A DNA stretch of 64,000 nucleotides from an uncultured Candidatus Saccharibacteria bacterium (GTDB lineage Bacteria; Patescibacteriota; Saccharimonadia; Saccharimonadales; 2-12-FULL-41-12). Shown piece by piece: positions 56,022 to 64,000 of the stretch. Within the stretch, counting starts at the first letter, position 1. The number at the start of each line of letters is the position of its first letter. A program made the translations under genes and the position numbers. A model generated the notes under the pieces. The model saw only the letters and a list, made by a program, of their open reading frames with translations. It had not been told where the DNA came from and ran no database searches. Where the stretch lies: positions 381,159 through 445,158 of the forward strand of contig CAZNIK010000001.1 of the NCBI GenBank assembly GCA_964573095.1, written 5' to 3'.

Positions 56022-56053
56022 AAGCTAGATAAAGTATATATGTTTCGGGCGGA

Positions 56054-56908
56054 CTATGGAAGAAGGCTATCCAAAGATATCATCACGGAAAATCCGAGTA
56101 AAACGATAAGGGACATGCCGAACATATTTCTCGCCCATTTTGTGTCGTCGGTTATGCGAAACCGTTTTGCGCCAACGTAAAACCAGATAAAGCCTAGTCC
56201 ACAGACCACGAACAAATACGTATACCCAGTGTAGTCAAATAGGGTGAGCAGGGAGGCCACCCCTATAAACGCCGCGATGTAATAAAGTATGTGCCGCTTG
56301 GTGATACGAACACCTTTTACTAGCGGTAACACTGGGATGTTTGCGCTCGAATAATCCTTGCGTCGAAAAATCGATATCGCATAGAAGTGTGGCATTTGCC
56401 AGCAGACCAAAATAACAAAAAGCAGCACTGCCCCAAGGTCTAGCGTTGAAGTCACTGCCGTATATCCTGCCACGGGCGGAATGGCCCCCGACACACTACC
56501 CACAAGTGTGCCAAACCGGGTCCTTCGCTTGAAAATACTATAGACGACCACGTAGGCGAACCAACCAACCATGCCGACAAGCACGGTGACGGGATTGGTA
56601 AACACTATGAGTGTTGTGATACCCAAAACTCCAAGTATCATTCCAAAAAACAGTGCACTTCTTTTGGATATTTCACCGCTCACCAATGCTCTTTTTTGGG
56701 TTCTTTTCATTTTGGCATCTATCTCTTGGTCGAGATAATTATTAAACACGCACCCAGAAGCCATAACCAATGTTGACCCGACGACTGTTTGTAGCAGCAA
56801 CCAACCGTCAACCACCCCTTTGGAGGCGAGTAAAAACCCACCAATCACGGTCAGCAAGTTTCCGCGAATAATCCCAGGCTTTGTGAGCCGGTAGTATTTA
56901 TTGATCAA
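56054..56908 (-). CDS. cyoE: protoheme IX farnesyltransferase (heme O synthase)
   Basis: UbiA-family polytopic protein (YRLTKPGIIRGNLLT, NNYLDQEIDAKMKRTQKR) with a 4-nt overlap to cyoD. Confidence 0.85.
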   Translation of the reverse strand: MINKYYRLTKPGIIRGNLLTVIGGFLLASKGVVDGWLLLQTVVGSTLVMASGCVFNNYLDQEIDAKMKRTQKRALVSGEISKRSALFFGMILGVLGITTLIVFTNPVTVLVGMVGWFAYVVVYSIFKRRTRFGTLVGSVSGAIPPVAGYTAVTSTLDLGAVLLFVILVCWQMPHFYAISIFRRKDYSSANIPVLPLVKGVRITKRHILYYIAAFIGVASLLTLFDYTGYTYLFVVCGLGFIWFYVGAKRFRITDDTKWARNMFGMSLIVLLGFSVMISLDSLLP

Positions 56909-57300
56909 CGAGGATTGATTCCTTCATCTTCGATTATGTGCGAATCCGTGGGTTGATCAATATGAGGATGTCTATAATCGAGATTGTCCATAATCCAGAG
57001 CGTACCAGCTACCAAAACAGTTACTACCATCACCATAAAGTACAGGGCAATAGTATTCCATCTTGGCTTTGATTCCCGACCTAGATGAAGAAAGAAAACC
57101 ACTTGGACGATAAATTGTACCATCGCCAAAAAGAGCACAACATACAAAATAGTTCGATGCGAAGGAGAATTGTGCTGAGAGTTAATGTGAGCGACAACAA
57201 CACTGTACGCAATTAGTGTAAGTACGATTGAAAGCATAAAGCCGATCACGTACGAGAATAGGCTTTGCCGATCTTGCGAGGAGAGTTGCTGTTTTGCCAT
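56905..57300 (-). CDS. cyoD: cytochrome o ubiquinol oxidase subunit IV
   Basis: 131 aa with 3 TM helices, positioned between cyoC and cyoE. Confidence 0.7.
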   Translation of the reverse strand: MAKQQLSSQDRQSLFSYVIGFMLSIVLTLIAYSVVVAHINSQHNSPSHRTILYVVLFLAMVQFIVQVVFFLHLGRESKPRWNTIALYFMVMVVTVLVAGTLWIMDNLDYRHPHIDQPTDSHIIEDEGINPR

Positions 57301-57304
57301 ACGA

Positions 57305-57904
57305 CTACCCCGCTGCCCCTATTAAATACACGACTGAGAAAATGAAGATCCATATTATGTCCAAAAAGTGCCAGAACAGGCTCAGCAGGATAAGTCTCTT
57401 AGTGATTGTGCTGGTTATTCCCTTTTGTAAAATGCTAACAGAGAGTACTGCCATCCACGTCAAGCCAACAGCAATATGAAGCCCGTGGGTTCCAACAAGA
57501 GTGAAATACGACGACAAAAACGCACTGCGCGTCCAACTATTTCCCTCGTCTATGAGATGACGAAATTCGGCGATCTCCATACCCAAGAATGCAAGACCAA
57601 GTAAAAATGTCACGCCCAGCCAGAACAGAACTTGATTTTTATTACGGCGATGAAGCGCCCACATTGCCAGCCCGGCCGTGAAGCTACTGGTAAGCAGTAG
57701 GAGGGTTTCTACAAGCACGTACGGCAGTTCGAAAATCTCCTCGCCGGTTGGACCACCGAAGGTGTTGTTGTGGAGAACAGCGTAGGTCGCAAACAAGCTT
57801 GCAAACACCACACAATCGGTCATTAGGTATACCCAAAAACCAAGTATCGTCTTTGAGTCATCGCTATGTGATGACATGGCGTGGCTATGCAATGATTTGC
57901 TCAT
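57305..57904 (-). CDS. cyoC: cytochrome o ubiquinol oxidase subunit III
   Basis: 199 aa with 5 TM helices and a heme-copper oxidase subunit III pattern ([29 protein letters not shown]). Confidence 0.8.
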   Translation of the reverse strand: MSKSLHSHAMSSHSDDSKTILGFWVYLMTDCVVFASLFATYAVLHNNTFGGPTGEEIFELPYVLVETLLLLTSSFTAGLAMWALHRRNKNQVLFWLGVTFLLGLAFLGMEIAEFRHLIDEGNSWTRSAFLSSYFTLVGTHGLHIAVGLTWMAVLSVSILQKGITSTITKRLILLSLFWHFLDIIWIFIFSVVYLIGAAG

Positions 57905-59889
57905 GGCCGTACCGCCCCGTTTGCCTTTTTTTGCTCAATTTTCCTTACGTCGGCTGCCGGTATTACGTACTCGGTATTCTCGTCGTTTGAACGAATAATA
58001 AAACTCACGATAACACCGAGTAGCGATACAGTGGCAAGCCACGGAATATGCCAAATTGCCGCAAACCCAAACAAAAATGCAAAGCCGGCGATTAGTATTC
58101 CAAAGCCGGTGTTTTTTGGAAGCACGATGTCTTCGTAGGTTTGGTTGGCCGGCGAGTGCGCTTGAGCCTTTTTGGCAACCCAAAACGCATCTCGCTCATG
58201 GACTACTGGTAAATGTGCAAAGTTGTAGACTGGCGCGGGGGATGACGTCGACCACTCAAGGGTCCGGCCGTTCCAGGGATCACCAGTTGTGTCTCGGTTT
58301 TTATTTCGGTCTTTAATACTCACAATGAACTGCAAAATCTGCATCACTACACCTAGGCCAATGATTAGTGCACCTACTCCAGCCACAATAAATAACGACT
58401 GCCAGCCCATTGACGACTCGTAATGATCAAGACGTCTGGTTGCTCCCATAAAACCGAGTGCATACAATGGCAAAAATGCAGTCGCAAAACCAATTATCCA
58501 ACACCAGAACGCATACCGACCAAGCCTTTCGTTGAGCGTAAATCCAAAAACTTTTGGAAACCAATATGAAATACCGGCAAAATACCCAAACACCACGCCA
58601 CCAATAACCATGTTATGGAAATGGGCGACCAAAAACAGGCTGTTGTGGAGCTGGAAGTCTGCAGGCGGCACCGACATCATAACCCCAGTAACTCCGCCAA
58701 TGGTAAACGTCACCACAAACCCCATAAACCACAGCATTGGGGTGTTAAATCTAATTCTGCCTCGATACATTGTAAACAGCCAGTTAAATACCTTCACACC
58801 AGTCGGTATGGCGATTACCATGGTCATAATTCCAAAGAAGGCGTTTACGTTTGCCCCGGCACCCATGGTAAAGAAATGATGCAGCCATACCACGTAAGAC
58901 AGAACTGCTATGGCTCCGATTGCCCACACCATCGACTTATAGCCAAACAGTCGCTTGCCAGAAAAGGTTGCAACCACCTCGGAAAAAATACCAAAGGCCG
59001 GCAAAATTAAAATATATACTTCAGGATGGCCCCACGCCCAGATCAAGTTAACATACATCATTGGATTACCCCCAAAATCAGAAGTAAAGAAATGCATGCC
59101 AAATGTTCTATCAAGTGCCAAAAGAGCCAACGACACTGTTAAGATTGGAAAAGCAAAAATAACAAGTGACATGCTCCCAAGTACGCTCCAACAAAACACG
59201 GGCATCTTCATGAGCGACATGCCTTTGGTGCGCATTTTTAGAATCGTAACTAAAAAGTTGACCCCCGACAGCAAGCTGCCAATGCCGGCAATCTGTACGC
59301 TCCAGATCCAATAGTCAACGCCCGGTCCAGGACTGTAGGCCAGTCCCGAAAGCGGTGGGTATGCCAGCCAGCCGGTAGCTGCAAACTCTCCGCCAATCAC
59401 AAGCGAAATATTTATCAGCACCGCTCCCGCAACATACAACCAAAAACTAACCGAGTTCAAAAACGGGAATGCCACATCCCGTGCGCCGATCTGAAGGGGA
59501 ACTATGAGGTTAATCAGTCCAAACATAAGCCCCATGGCTACGAAAAATATCATTATTGTCCCATGCGCCGTAAACACCTGCTGGAAGGTGTCAGAAGAGA
59601 TGATTCCACTCGAATCTCCCACCGAAGTTGCTTGCTGGACTCTCATCATGAGGGCATCAGCGGCACCGCGAAGCAACATCGCAACAGCAACAATGATATA
59701 CATAACACCTATGCGTTTTGGGTCAAGCGATGTAAGCCACTCCTTCCAAAGCCATTTCCATTTTTTGAAATATGTCAGCACTACCGCTGCTCCAAGTATC
59801 GCCGCCGCCATGGAAACGGTGGCTCCAACCAGCAACTTGTCATCCAGCGGGAAAATATTCGATGAACTGAAGAACTGCAAAAAACTCAT
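57901..59889 (-). CDS. cyoB: cytochrome o ubiquinol oxidase subunit I (heme-copper oxidase)
   Basis: 662 aa with [17 protein letters not shown], the HHFFTMG and VAHFH histidine ligand motifs. Confidence 0.95.
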   Translation of the reverse strand: MSFLQFFSSSNIFPLDDKLLVGATVSMAAAILGAAVVLTYFKKWKWLWKEWLTSLDPKRIGVMYIIVAVAMLLRGAADALMMRVQQATSVGDSSGIISSDTFQQVFTAHGTIMIFFVAMGLMFGLINLIVPLQIGARDVAFPFLNSVSFWLYVAGAVLINISLVIGGEFAATGWLAYPPLSGLAYSPGPGVDYWIWSVQIAGIGSLLSGVNFLVTILKMRTKGMSLMKMPVFCWSVLGSMSLVIFAFPILTVSLALLALDRTFGMHFFTSDFGGNPMMYVNLIWAWGHPEVYILILPAFGIFSEVVATFSGKRLFGYKSMVWAIGAIAVLSYVVWLHHFFTMGAGANVNAFFGIMTMVIAIPTGVKVFNWLFTMYRGRIRFNTPMLWFMGFVVTFTIGGVTGVMMSVPPADFQLHNSLFLVAHFHNMVIGGVVFGYFAGISYWFPKVFGFTLNERLGRYAFWCWIIGFATAFLPLYALGFMGATRRLDHYESSMGWQSLFIVAGVGALIIGLGVVMQILQFIVSIKDRNKNRDTTGDPWNGRTLEWSTSSPAPVYNFAHLPVVHERDAFWVAKKAQAHSPANQTYEDIVLPKNTGFGILIAGFAFLFGFAAIWHIPWLATVSLLGVIVSFIIRSNDENTEYVIPAADVRKIEQKKANGAVRP

Positions 59890-60809
59890 TGCATCATCTC
59901 CGAATAGTGCATCGTCTGTTCGTCGTTTGGATTATCAAGAAACGAAGGGGGTGATAAGAATTTTGTTAACACTTGGTCGTACAAACCCGACTCGCTCGCA
60001 GCAAAGTACATTTGGGGCACATTCTTACTTGGAGCCGACAATTCTTCGTACATACTTTTGTCTAAAACATTGCCCGATTCCCTCACCAAACCCACCCACT
60101 GGTCGAAATCATCTTGAGGCACCGATTCAGCAACAAATTTCATTCCAGAAAACCCCTCGCCACTAATATTTGCAGACGAGCCGGCAAAAGAGCCGGTTTC
60201 TGATGCCCGCAGACTTAAGCGGGTTGACATTCCGCTCATGGCATATATCTGTCCGCTCAATTGAGGAATCCAGAAGGAATTCATTGGTGCGTCAGCAGTT
60301 ATCTCAAAATCTATCGGTCTGTCTTTTGGAATTTGCACATAATTAACCGTTGCAATATTTTCCTCTGGATAGATGAAAAGCCACTTCCACTGCAGCGCTA
60401 CGACCTGCACCTTCATTGCTGCTTTGTCAGACGCGAGAGGCTTAAAAGGATCTAGGTCGTGAGTGCTGTTCCATGTGACGATCGACAAAATAACTATTAA
60501 CAAAATTGGCACACCCCACCACACCGCTTCTAGCGTTCGGTTTCCATCCCACTCGGGAGTGTATCGTGCGCTATGGTTAGATGCTCGAAACTTCCAGATA
60601 ATATAAAAGAACAGTGTAAATACTGGAATAACCACCACGAGCGAAAGACCAGCCGCGAATAAAATTAAGTTGCGCTCTTTTTCGGCAATTTCTCCACTTG
60701 TCTCCAGCAATGGAATACTATGTTTCTGAGAAAGAAACACTACTAGGGTCACCAATCCCACAATGTAAAGCAGCGCGACTCCAACCCCAAAAAACTTTCT
60801 CATACACAC
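59886..60809 (-). CDS. cyoA: cytochrome o ubiquinol oxidase subunit II
   Basis: Two N-terminal TM helices and a quinol-oxidase-type cupredoxin block [23 protein letters not shown]. This aligns with the E. coli CyoA motif and has no CuA Cys/His motif. Confidence 0.85.
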   Translation of the reverse strand: MCMRKFFGVGVALLYIVGLVTLVVFLSQKHSIPLLETSGEIAEKERNLILFAAGLSLVVVIPVFTLFFYIIWKFRASNHSARYTPEWDGNRTLEAVWWGVPILLIVILSIVTWNSTHDLDPFKPLASDKAAMKVQVVALQWKWLFIYPEENIATVNYVQIPKDRPIDFEITADAPMNSFWIPQLSGQIYAMSGMSTRLSLRASETGSFAGSSANISGEGFSGMKFVAESVPQDDFDQWVGLVRESGNVLDKSMYEELSAPSKNVPQMYFAASESGLYDQVLTKFLSPPSFLDNPNDEQTMHYSEMMQ

Positions 60810-60969
60810 ATACCGCTAACAATAAGCATCTTGTCTATTACTATACCAGTCTGAAGCTAAAATATTTAACAATATGTGACACGCACGAAAATCTATAGCT
60901 ATCCAGAGGTGGTTCCCTGCTCGCCATATGATAATAAAATTGCTAAAATTACGTAGTCTCTTGCCGTTT

Positions 60970-61047
60970 GGCGGGTGTAGCTCAGTTGGTTAGAGCGCCG
61001 GGTTGTGGTTCCGGAGGTCGTGGGTTCAATTCCCATCACTCGCCCCA
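60970..61047 (+). tRNA. tRNA-His (anticodon GTG) with encoded G-1 and CCA
   Basis: G-1 plus GCGGGTG-TA-GCTC-AGTTGGTTA-GAGC-G-CCGGG-TTGTGGT-TCCGG-AGGTC-GTGGG-TTCAATT-CCCAT-CACTCGC-C-CCA. G-1 can pair with C73. Confidence 0.9.
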
Positions 61048-61164
61048 AGTATTATCACTTTTAGAAGTGTTTTTTAATTTATATACCCCTTATAGAACTC
61101 AAGACCTTTGCTTATAAAGCGTAATTATGAGATTATATATTAAATAACTGCTTAGGATTTTACG

Positions 61165-62460
61165 ATGTCTTTTGAGATGCAAACCCTAGACTCTGGGCTC
61201 ACTGTAGCAGCAGAGCATATTCCAACGGCTCACACTACAGCCGTAACCGTAATGGTGAAGGTGGGCGGCCTTTATGAATCCGACAGCGAAGTCGGATTGA
61301 GTCACTTGGTTGAGCACTGCGTCCACAAACAAACACAGTTATTCAAAGACCAAGAGGAAAGACTGGACTATGAGCATAGTCACCAATACGAAAGTGGCGC
61401 GAGCACTTCCCAGACTAGAACTTTGTACTATGGTCGTGGTCCGCAATTTGACAGCCTTCTCAAGGGTCTAGCGTCCTTAATAGCTACCCCAACTTTTAAT
61501 GCCGACCACGTTGCGGAAGAAGTACTGGTTGTAACTCGCGAAGCTAAAATGCATAAAGATGCACCGTCAACAAAAAGTTATTTTGCAAGCACACAACACA
61601 TGTACAATAGCCCGTATTCACGACCGGTTATAGGATTTGTCGACCAGCTGAATTTTAGTCCAGACGAGGTACGAAATTACCACGGCACCAAATACTCCTT
61701 AGGAAAAATTGCTGTAGTAGCTTCTGGCAAATCAAGTATGTCAGACGTTGTCGGTGCGTCTAGAAAATATTTAGAAGAAAGCCCGCTAGCTGAAACGGCT
61801 AACTCTACAGCCAGAAGCCTTGACAATAACCTGCCCGAACTCACCATTGGTGATACTGGAATATTTGGCATTCTTGGAAACCAAAGCAACAACATTTCAA
61901 TACAAACAAGAGTACCAATGAGCGAACATTTAAAAAATAAATTTACTAGCGAGGATCGCTTTGCTTACTGGTTGGCTAGTGGTGTAATAAGTAAGTCCAT
62001 TTCTAAATCATTAAGAGAATATAGGCAGCTGTCGTATGATGGTGGTTATTTCTTAATTACTGAGCCCCCAAAGGCTATCTGGGAAACAGGCGCATCAGTT
62101 ACGTGCGACCCTTCAAAATTAGATGAGGCCTTAGAGGCAATCCAAGAAGGTATAGTAAACGCAGGAAGTCGAACTCACACGCAGCTGCAAAATGAAAAAT
62201 TATGGGCAGAGGGCAGTGTTCTGAGTAGCTTAGATGAGGTGGGCTCTCATGTTGGACGAATAATAGCGAGCCTGAATCATGGCATGAGGCCGCTGTCGGC
62301 ACAAGAACTGGTAAAATCGTACAAAAAAATAAAGCCAAGTGATATTCGTGAAGCAATAACCGATTTGGTTAACGAATATGAAACCACAGATAAATTCGTT
62401 TTTGTTGAGGGCGCAGAAGAAGCAATACAAGACTACCCAATACTAGAACCAAACATATAA
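61165..62460 (+). CDS. M16-family (pitrilysin/insulinase-like) zinc peptidase
   Basis: Inverted zinc motif HLVEH (HxxEH) near the N-terminus. 431 aa. Confidence 0.7.
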   Translation: MSFEMQTLDSGLTVAAEHIPTAHTTAVTVMVKVGGLYESDSEVGLSHLVEHCVHKQTQLFKDQEERLDYEHSHQYESGASTSQTRTLYYGRGPQFDSLLKGLASLIATPTFNADHVAEEVLVVTREAKMHKDAPSTKSYFASTQHMYNSPYSRPVIGFVDQLNFSPDEVRNYHGTKYSLGKIAVVASGKSSMSDVVGASRKYLEESPLAETANSTARSLDNNLPELTIGDTGIFGILGNQSNNISIQTRVPMSEHLKNKFTSEDRFAYWLASGVISKSISKSLREYRQLSYDGGYFLITEPPKAIWETGASVTCDPSKLDEALEAIQEGIVNAGSRTHTQLQNEKLWAEGSVLSSLDEVGSHVGRIIASLNHGMRPLSAQELVKSYKKIKPSDIREAITDLVNEYETTDKFVFVEGAEEAIQDYPILEPNI

Positions 62461-62519
62461 ACACCGCGAATATATGTTGTTGCTTCGCCTCAAGGCAAAT
62501 TATTAGAAAGTTGGCTTTT

Positions 62520-63167
62520 TTAGTTTGGCAGCCCGCTCAATAAAACGAGTACCGCCAACGGGATGGTTATGTTGTCTGTTCCGTACCAAGAAATGTTTTC
62601 TAGTAACGTGAGCGCAACCGGCGCAAAACCGAGTAACCAGAATGAGGACGGCAAGTTGAGCGGTTCGACAAACAACAAAAGTGATAGCATTATCGAAAAA
62701 GAAACCAGATAAAAACTAAGCGAACCTAACAAAGACTTCCCGTGACTCATTATTTTGTAATGTGACGATTTGCCCCATTTTAGCCCGATGTACGCCGCCG
62801 CAGAATCTGCAACCGCAAGATGAAGAATTGCGGCCGTAAACATCCACGCCGGTGGCTCAATGAATGCACACACCGCAATCGCAACTGGATATAATATCTC
62901 TCCCCTGGTTATGCGCTTTACGCTGTGGATTGACTGAAAAACATGAAGCTTATATGACAATACTATGACTGCCAGAAAAGCGATGCTTAAAAATTGAATG
63001 TATGTCCAATTAATAAACAAAGGCCAAAATGCAACATATACACCTGTTGTTGTGTGAATAATTTTTCGGCTGGTCTCTACTTGAAGCTTTTTTGCCTCCC
63101 ATAAGCGATCCACCACAACCAGCAATATCCATATTGGCACAATTGCCAGCAAAAGTTGCATTATCAT
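62520..63167 (-). CDS. polytopic membrane protein, CTP-dependent lipid kinase / cytidylyltransferase-like (dolichol/phytol kinase family)
   Basis: 215 aa with about 6 TM helices and an SRKIIHTTTG motif resembling the family. Weak call. Confidence 0.4.
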   Translation of the reverse strand: MIMQLLLAIVPIWILLVVVDRLWEAKKLQVETSRKIIHTTTGVYVAFWPLFINWTYIQFLSIAFLAVIVLSYKLHVFQSIHSVKRITRGEILYPVAIAVCAFIEPPAWMFTAAILHLAVADSAAAYIGLKWGKSSHYKIMSHGKSLLGSLSFYLVSFSIMLSLLLFVEPLNLPSSFWLLGFAPVALTLLENISWYGTDNITIPLAVLVLLSGLPN

Positions 63168-63952
63168 GATGTTTTCTTTTTGGGCAGCGGAACGAAGACA
63201 CTGGTTTTTCTTTTGTAGGCTTGGTAACTAGGGTCGTTTTGATATCTTTTTTCAAGCATTGGCACACCAGAGACAAATAGAATAAGGTAGGTAATCGTTA
63301 GCGGCCCAACAACCGACCACCACACCGGATTAATGCTCATACTTAAGATCCAAACGCCCCACCAAAGTAGCACTTCACCAAAGTAATTTGGGTGTCTCGA
63401 ATACTTCCATAATCCTTTATCCATCACTTGGTTGTCTTTTTTGCGAGTCTTCAGAAAATTTCGAAGTTGTCGATCGGCAAATATCTCAATGATAAATCCG
63501 CTCAGCCAGATCGCAAACCCAAGCGTAAGCCATAGATCAGAATTGAACACAGTTGGGCTGGTTCCAATCGCAATAATCGGAAGTGCTACCAGAAGTAGCA
63601 AAAATCCTTGCAGCATAAACACTTTCAGAAATGCGTTTAGGGCAATTGAGCCCCGCCACTTTTTTCTTAACTCAACATATCTTTTGTCCTCTTTTTTTGA
63701 CCAATTTCGCTTGAAGATATGGTAGCTAAGCCGAAGACCCCACGTTGTCACCATTGCAGTCACAAGTACCTGCGCGTAGTAACTTTCTCCCCAATTTGCA
63801 AATAGCTGTGACCACGCCACCACAATAAACCCTCCACCCCAGGCAATATCAGCAAGATCAAATTTCTTTCTTGAGAGCGCCACGACAAACCAAACACAAA
63901 AGTAGATAAATACTGACAACACCGCAATCAAAAAATAATCTCTCTCGCTCAT
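63164..63952 (-). CDS. DUF1295 / steroid-5-alpha-reductase-like membrane protein
   Basis: GLWKYSRHPNYFGEVLLWWG signature. 262 aa and polytopic. Confidence 0.7.
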   Translation of the reverse strand: MSERDYFLIAVLSVFIYFCVWFVVALSRKKFDLADIAWGGGFIVVAWSQLFANWGESYYAQVLVTAMVTTWGLRLSYHIFKRNWSKKEDKRYVELRKKWRGSIALNAFLKVFMLQGFLLLLVALPIIAIGTSPTVFNSDLWLTLGFAIWLSGFIIEIFADRQLRNFLKTRKKDNQVMDKGLWKYSRHPNYFGEVLLWWGVWILSMSINPVWWSVVGPLTITYLILFVSGVPMLEKRYQNDPSYQAYKRKTSVFVPLPKKKTS

Positions 63953-64000
63953 TCGCCAATCACCATTTTGGTTACGGAGGCTGTTATGGCAGCGATGGTC
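63949..64000 (-). CDS. 3' end of an unidentified upstream gene (partial at the right edge)
   Basis: Minus-strand frame ...TIAAITASVTKMVIGE* ends in a TGA that overlaps the next gene's ATG (ATGA). The fragment is too short to name. Confidence 0.3.
   Translation of the reverse strand, partial: TIAAITASVTKMVIGE

Noticed and set aside
58532-60166. Several 100-220-aa + strand ORFs.
   Set aside because: They are all antisense to cyoB/cyoA, whose minus-strand products carry unmistakable heme-copper oxidase motifs.

Overview
The window is 64 kb of a compact, gene-dense bacterial chromosome. Coding density is about 90%, genetic code 11 is intact, and TGA is used as a stop in ATGA overlaps. Gene content looks monoderm or CPR/Saccharibacteria-like, which is an inference only because I could not run any search. 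That content includes an F1Fo ATP synthase block (atpFHAGD), a pyk-pgk-tpiA glycolytic block, and metG / tatD / rpfB-like / rsmA synteny. It also includes many peptidoglycan genes (murA, murB, murD, murI, uppS, a VanX-like peptidase). A cyoABCDE oxidase sits with NDH-2, and there is a heliorhodopsin and an LPXTG surface protein. RNA genes are tmRNA and six tRNAs (Glu-TTC, Lys-CTT, Arg-TCG, Gly-TCC, Arg-TCT, His-GTG). The most unusual signal is non-coding. At three RNA-gene loci (ssrA, tRNA-Glu, tRNA-Lys) the intact gene is flanked by short duplicated fragments of itself. Each fragment is separated from the gene by a hairpin-rich module, at a near-constant 186-187 bp spacing (179 bp at ssrA). 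The roughly 86-nt module cores are homologous between loci and their differences are largely compensatory within hairpin stems. This suggests a structured, possibly mobile, tRNA/tmRNA-targeting miniature element or RNA family that I cannot assign to a known class. Secondary points follow. A perfect 20-bp palindrome recurs at three places: the marR promoter, a tRNA-tRNA spacer, and inside folD. A heliorhodopsin gene sits divergent from a TetR gene that has two tandem operator palindromes. MurA carries an N-terminal HTH fusion. An accessory cluster at 40.5-43.8 kb holds a SET-domain protein, a nucleotidyltransferase-HIT pair, an NDT-like protein and a VanX-like peptidase. All protein calls rest on motifs I recognise in the supplied translations. 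No database search, covariance model or fold calculation was run.
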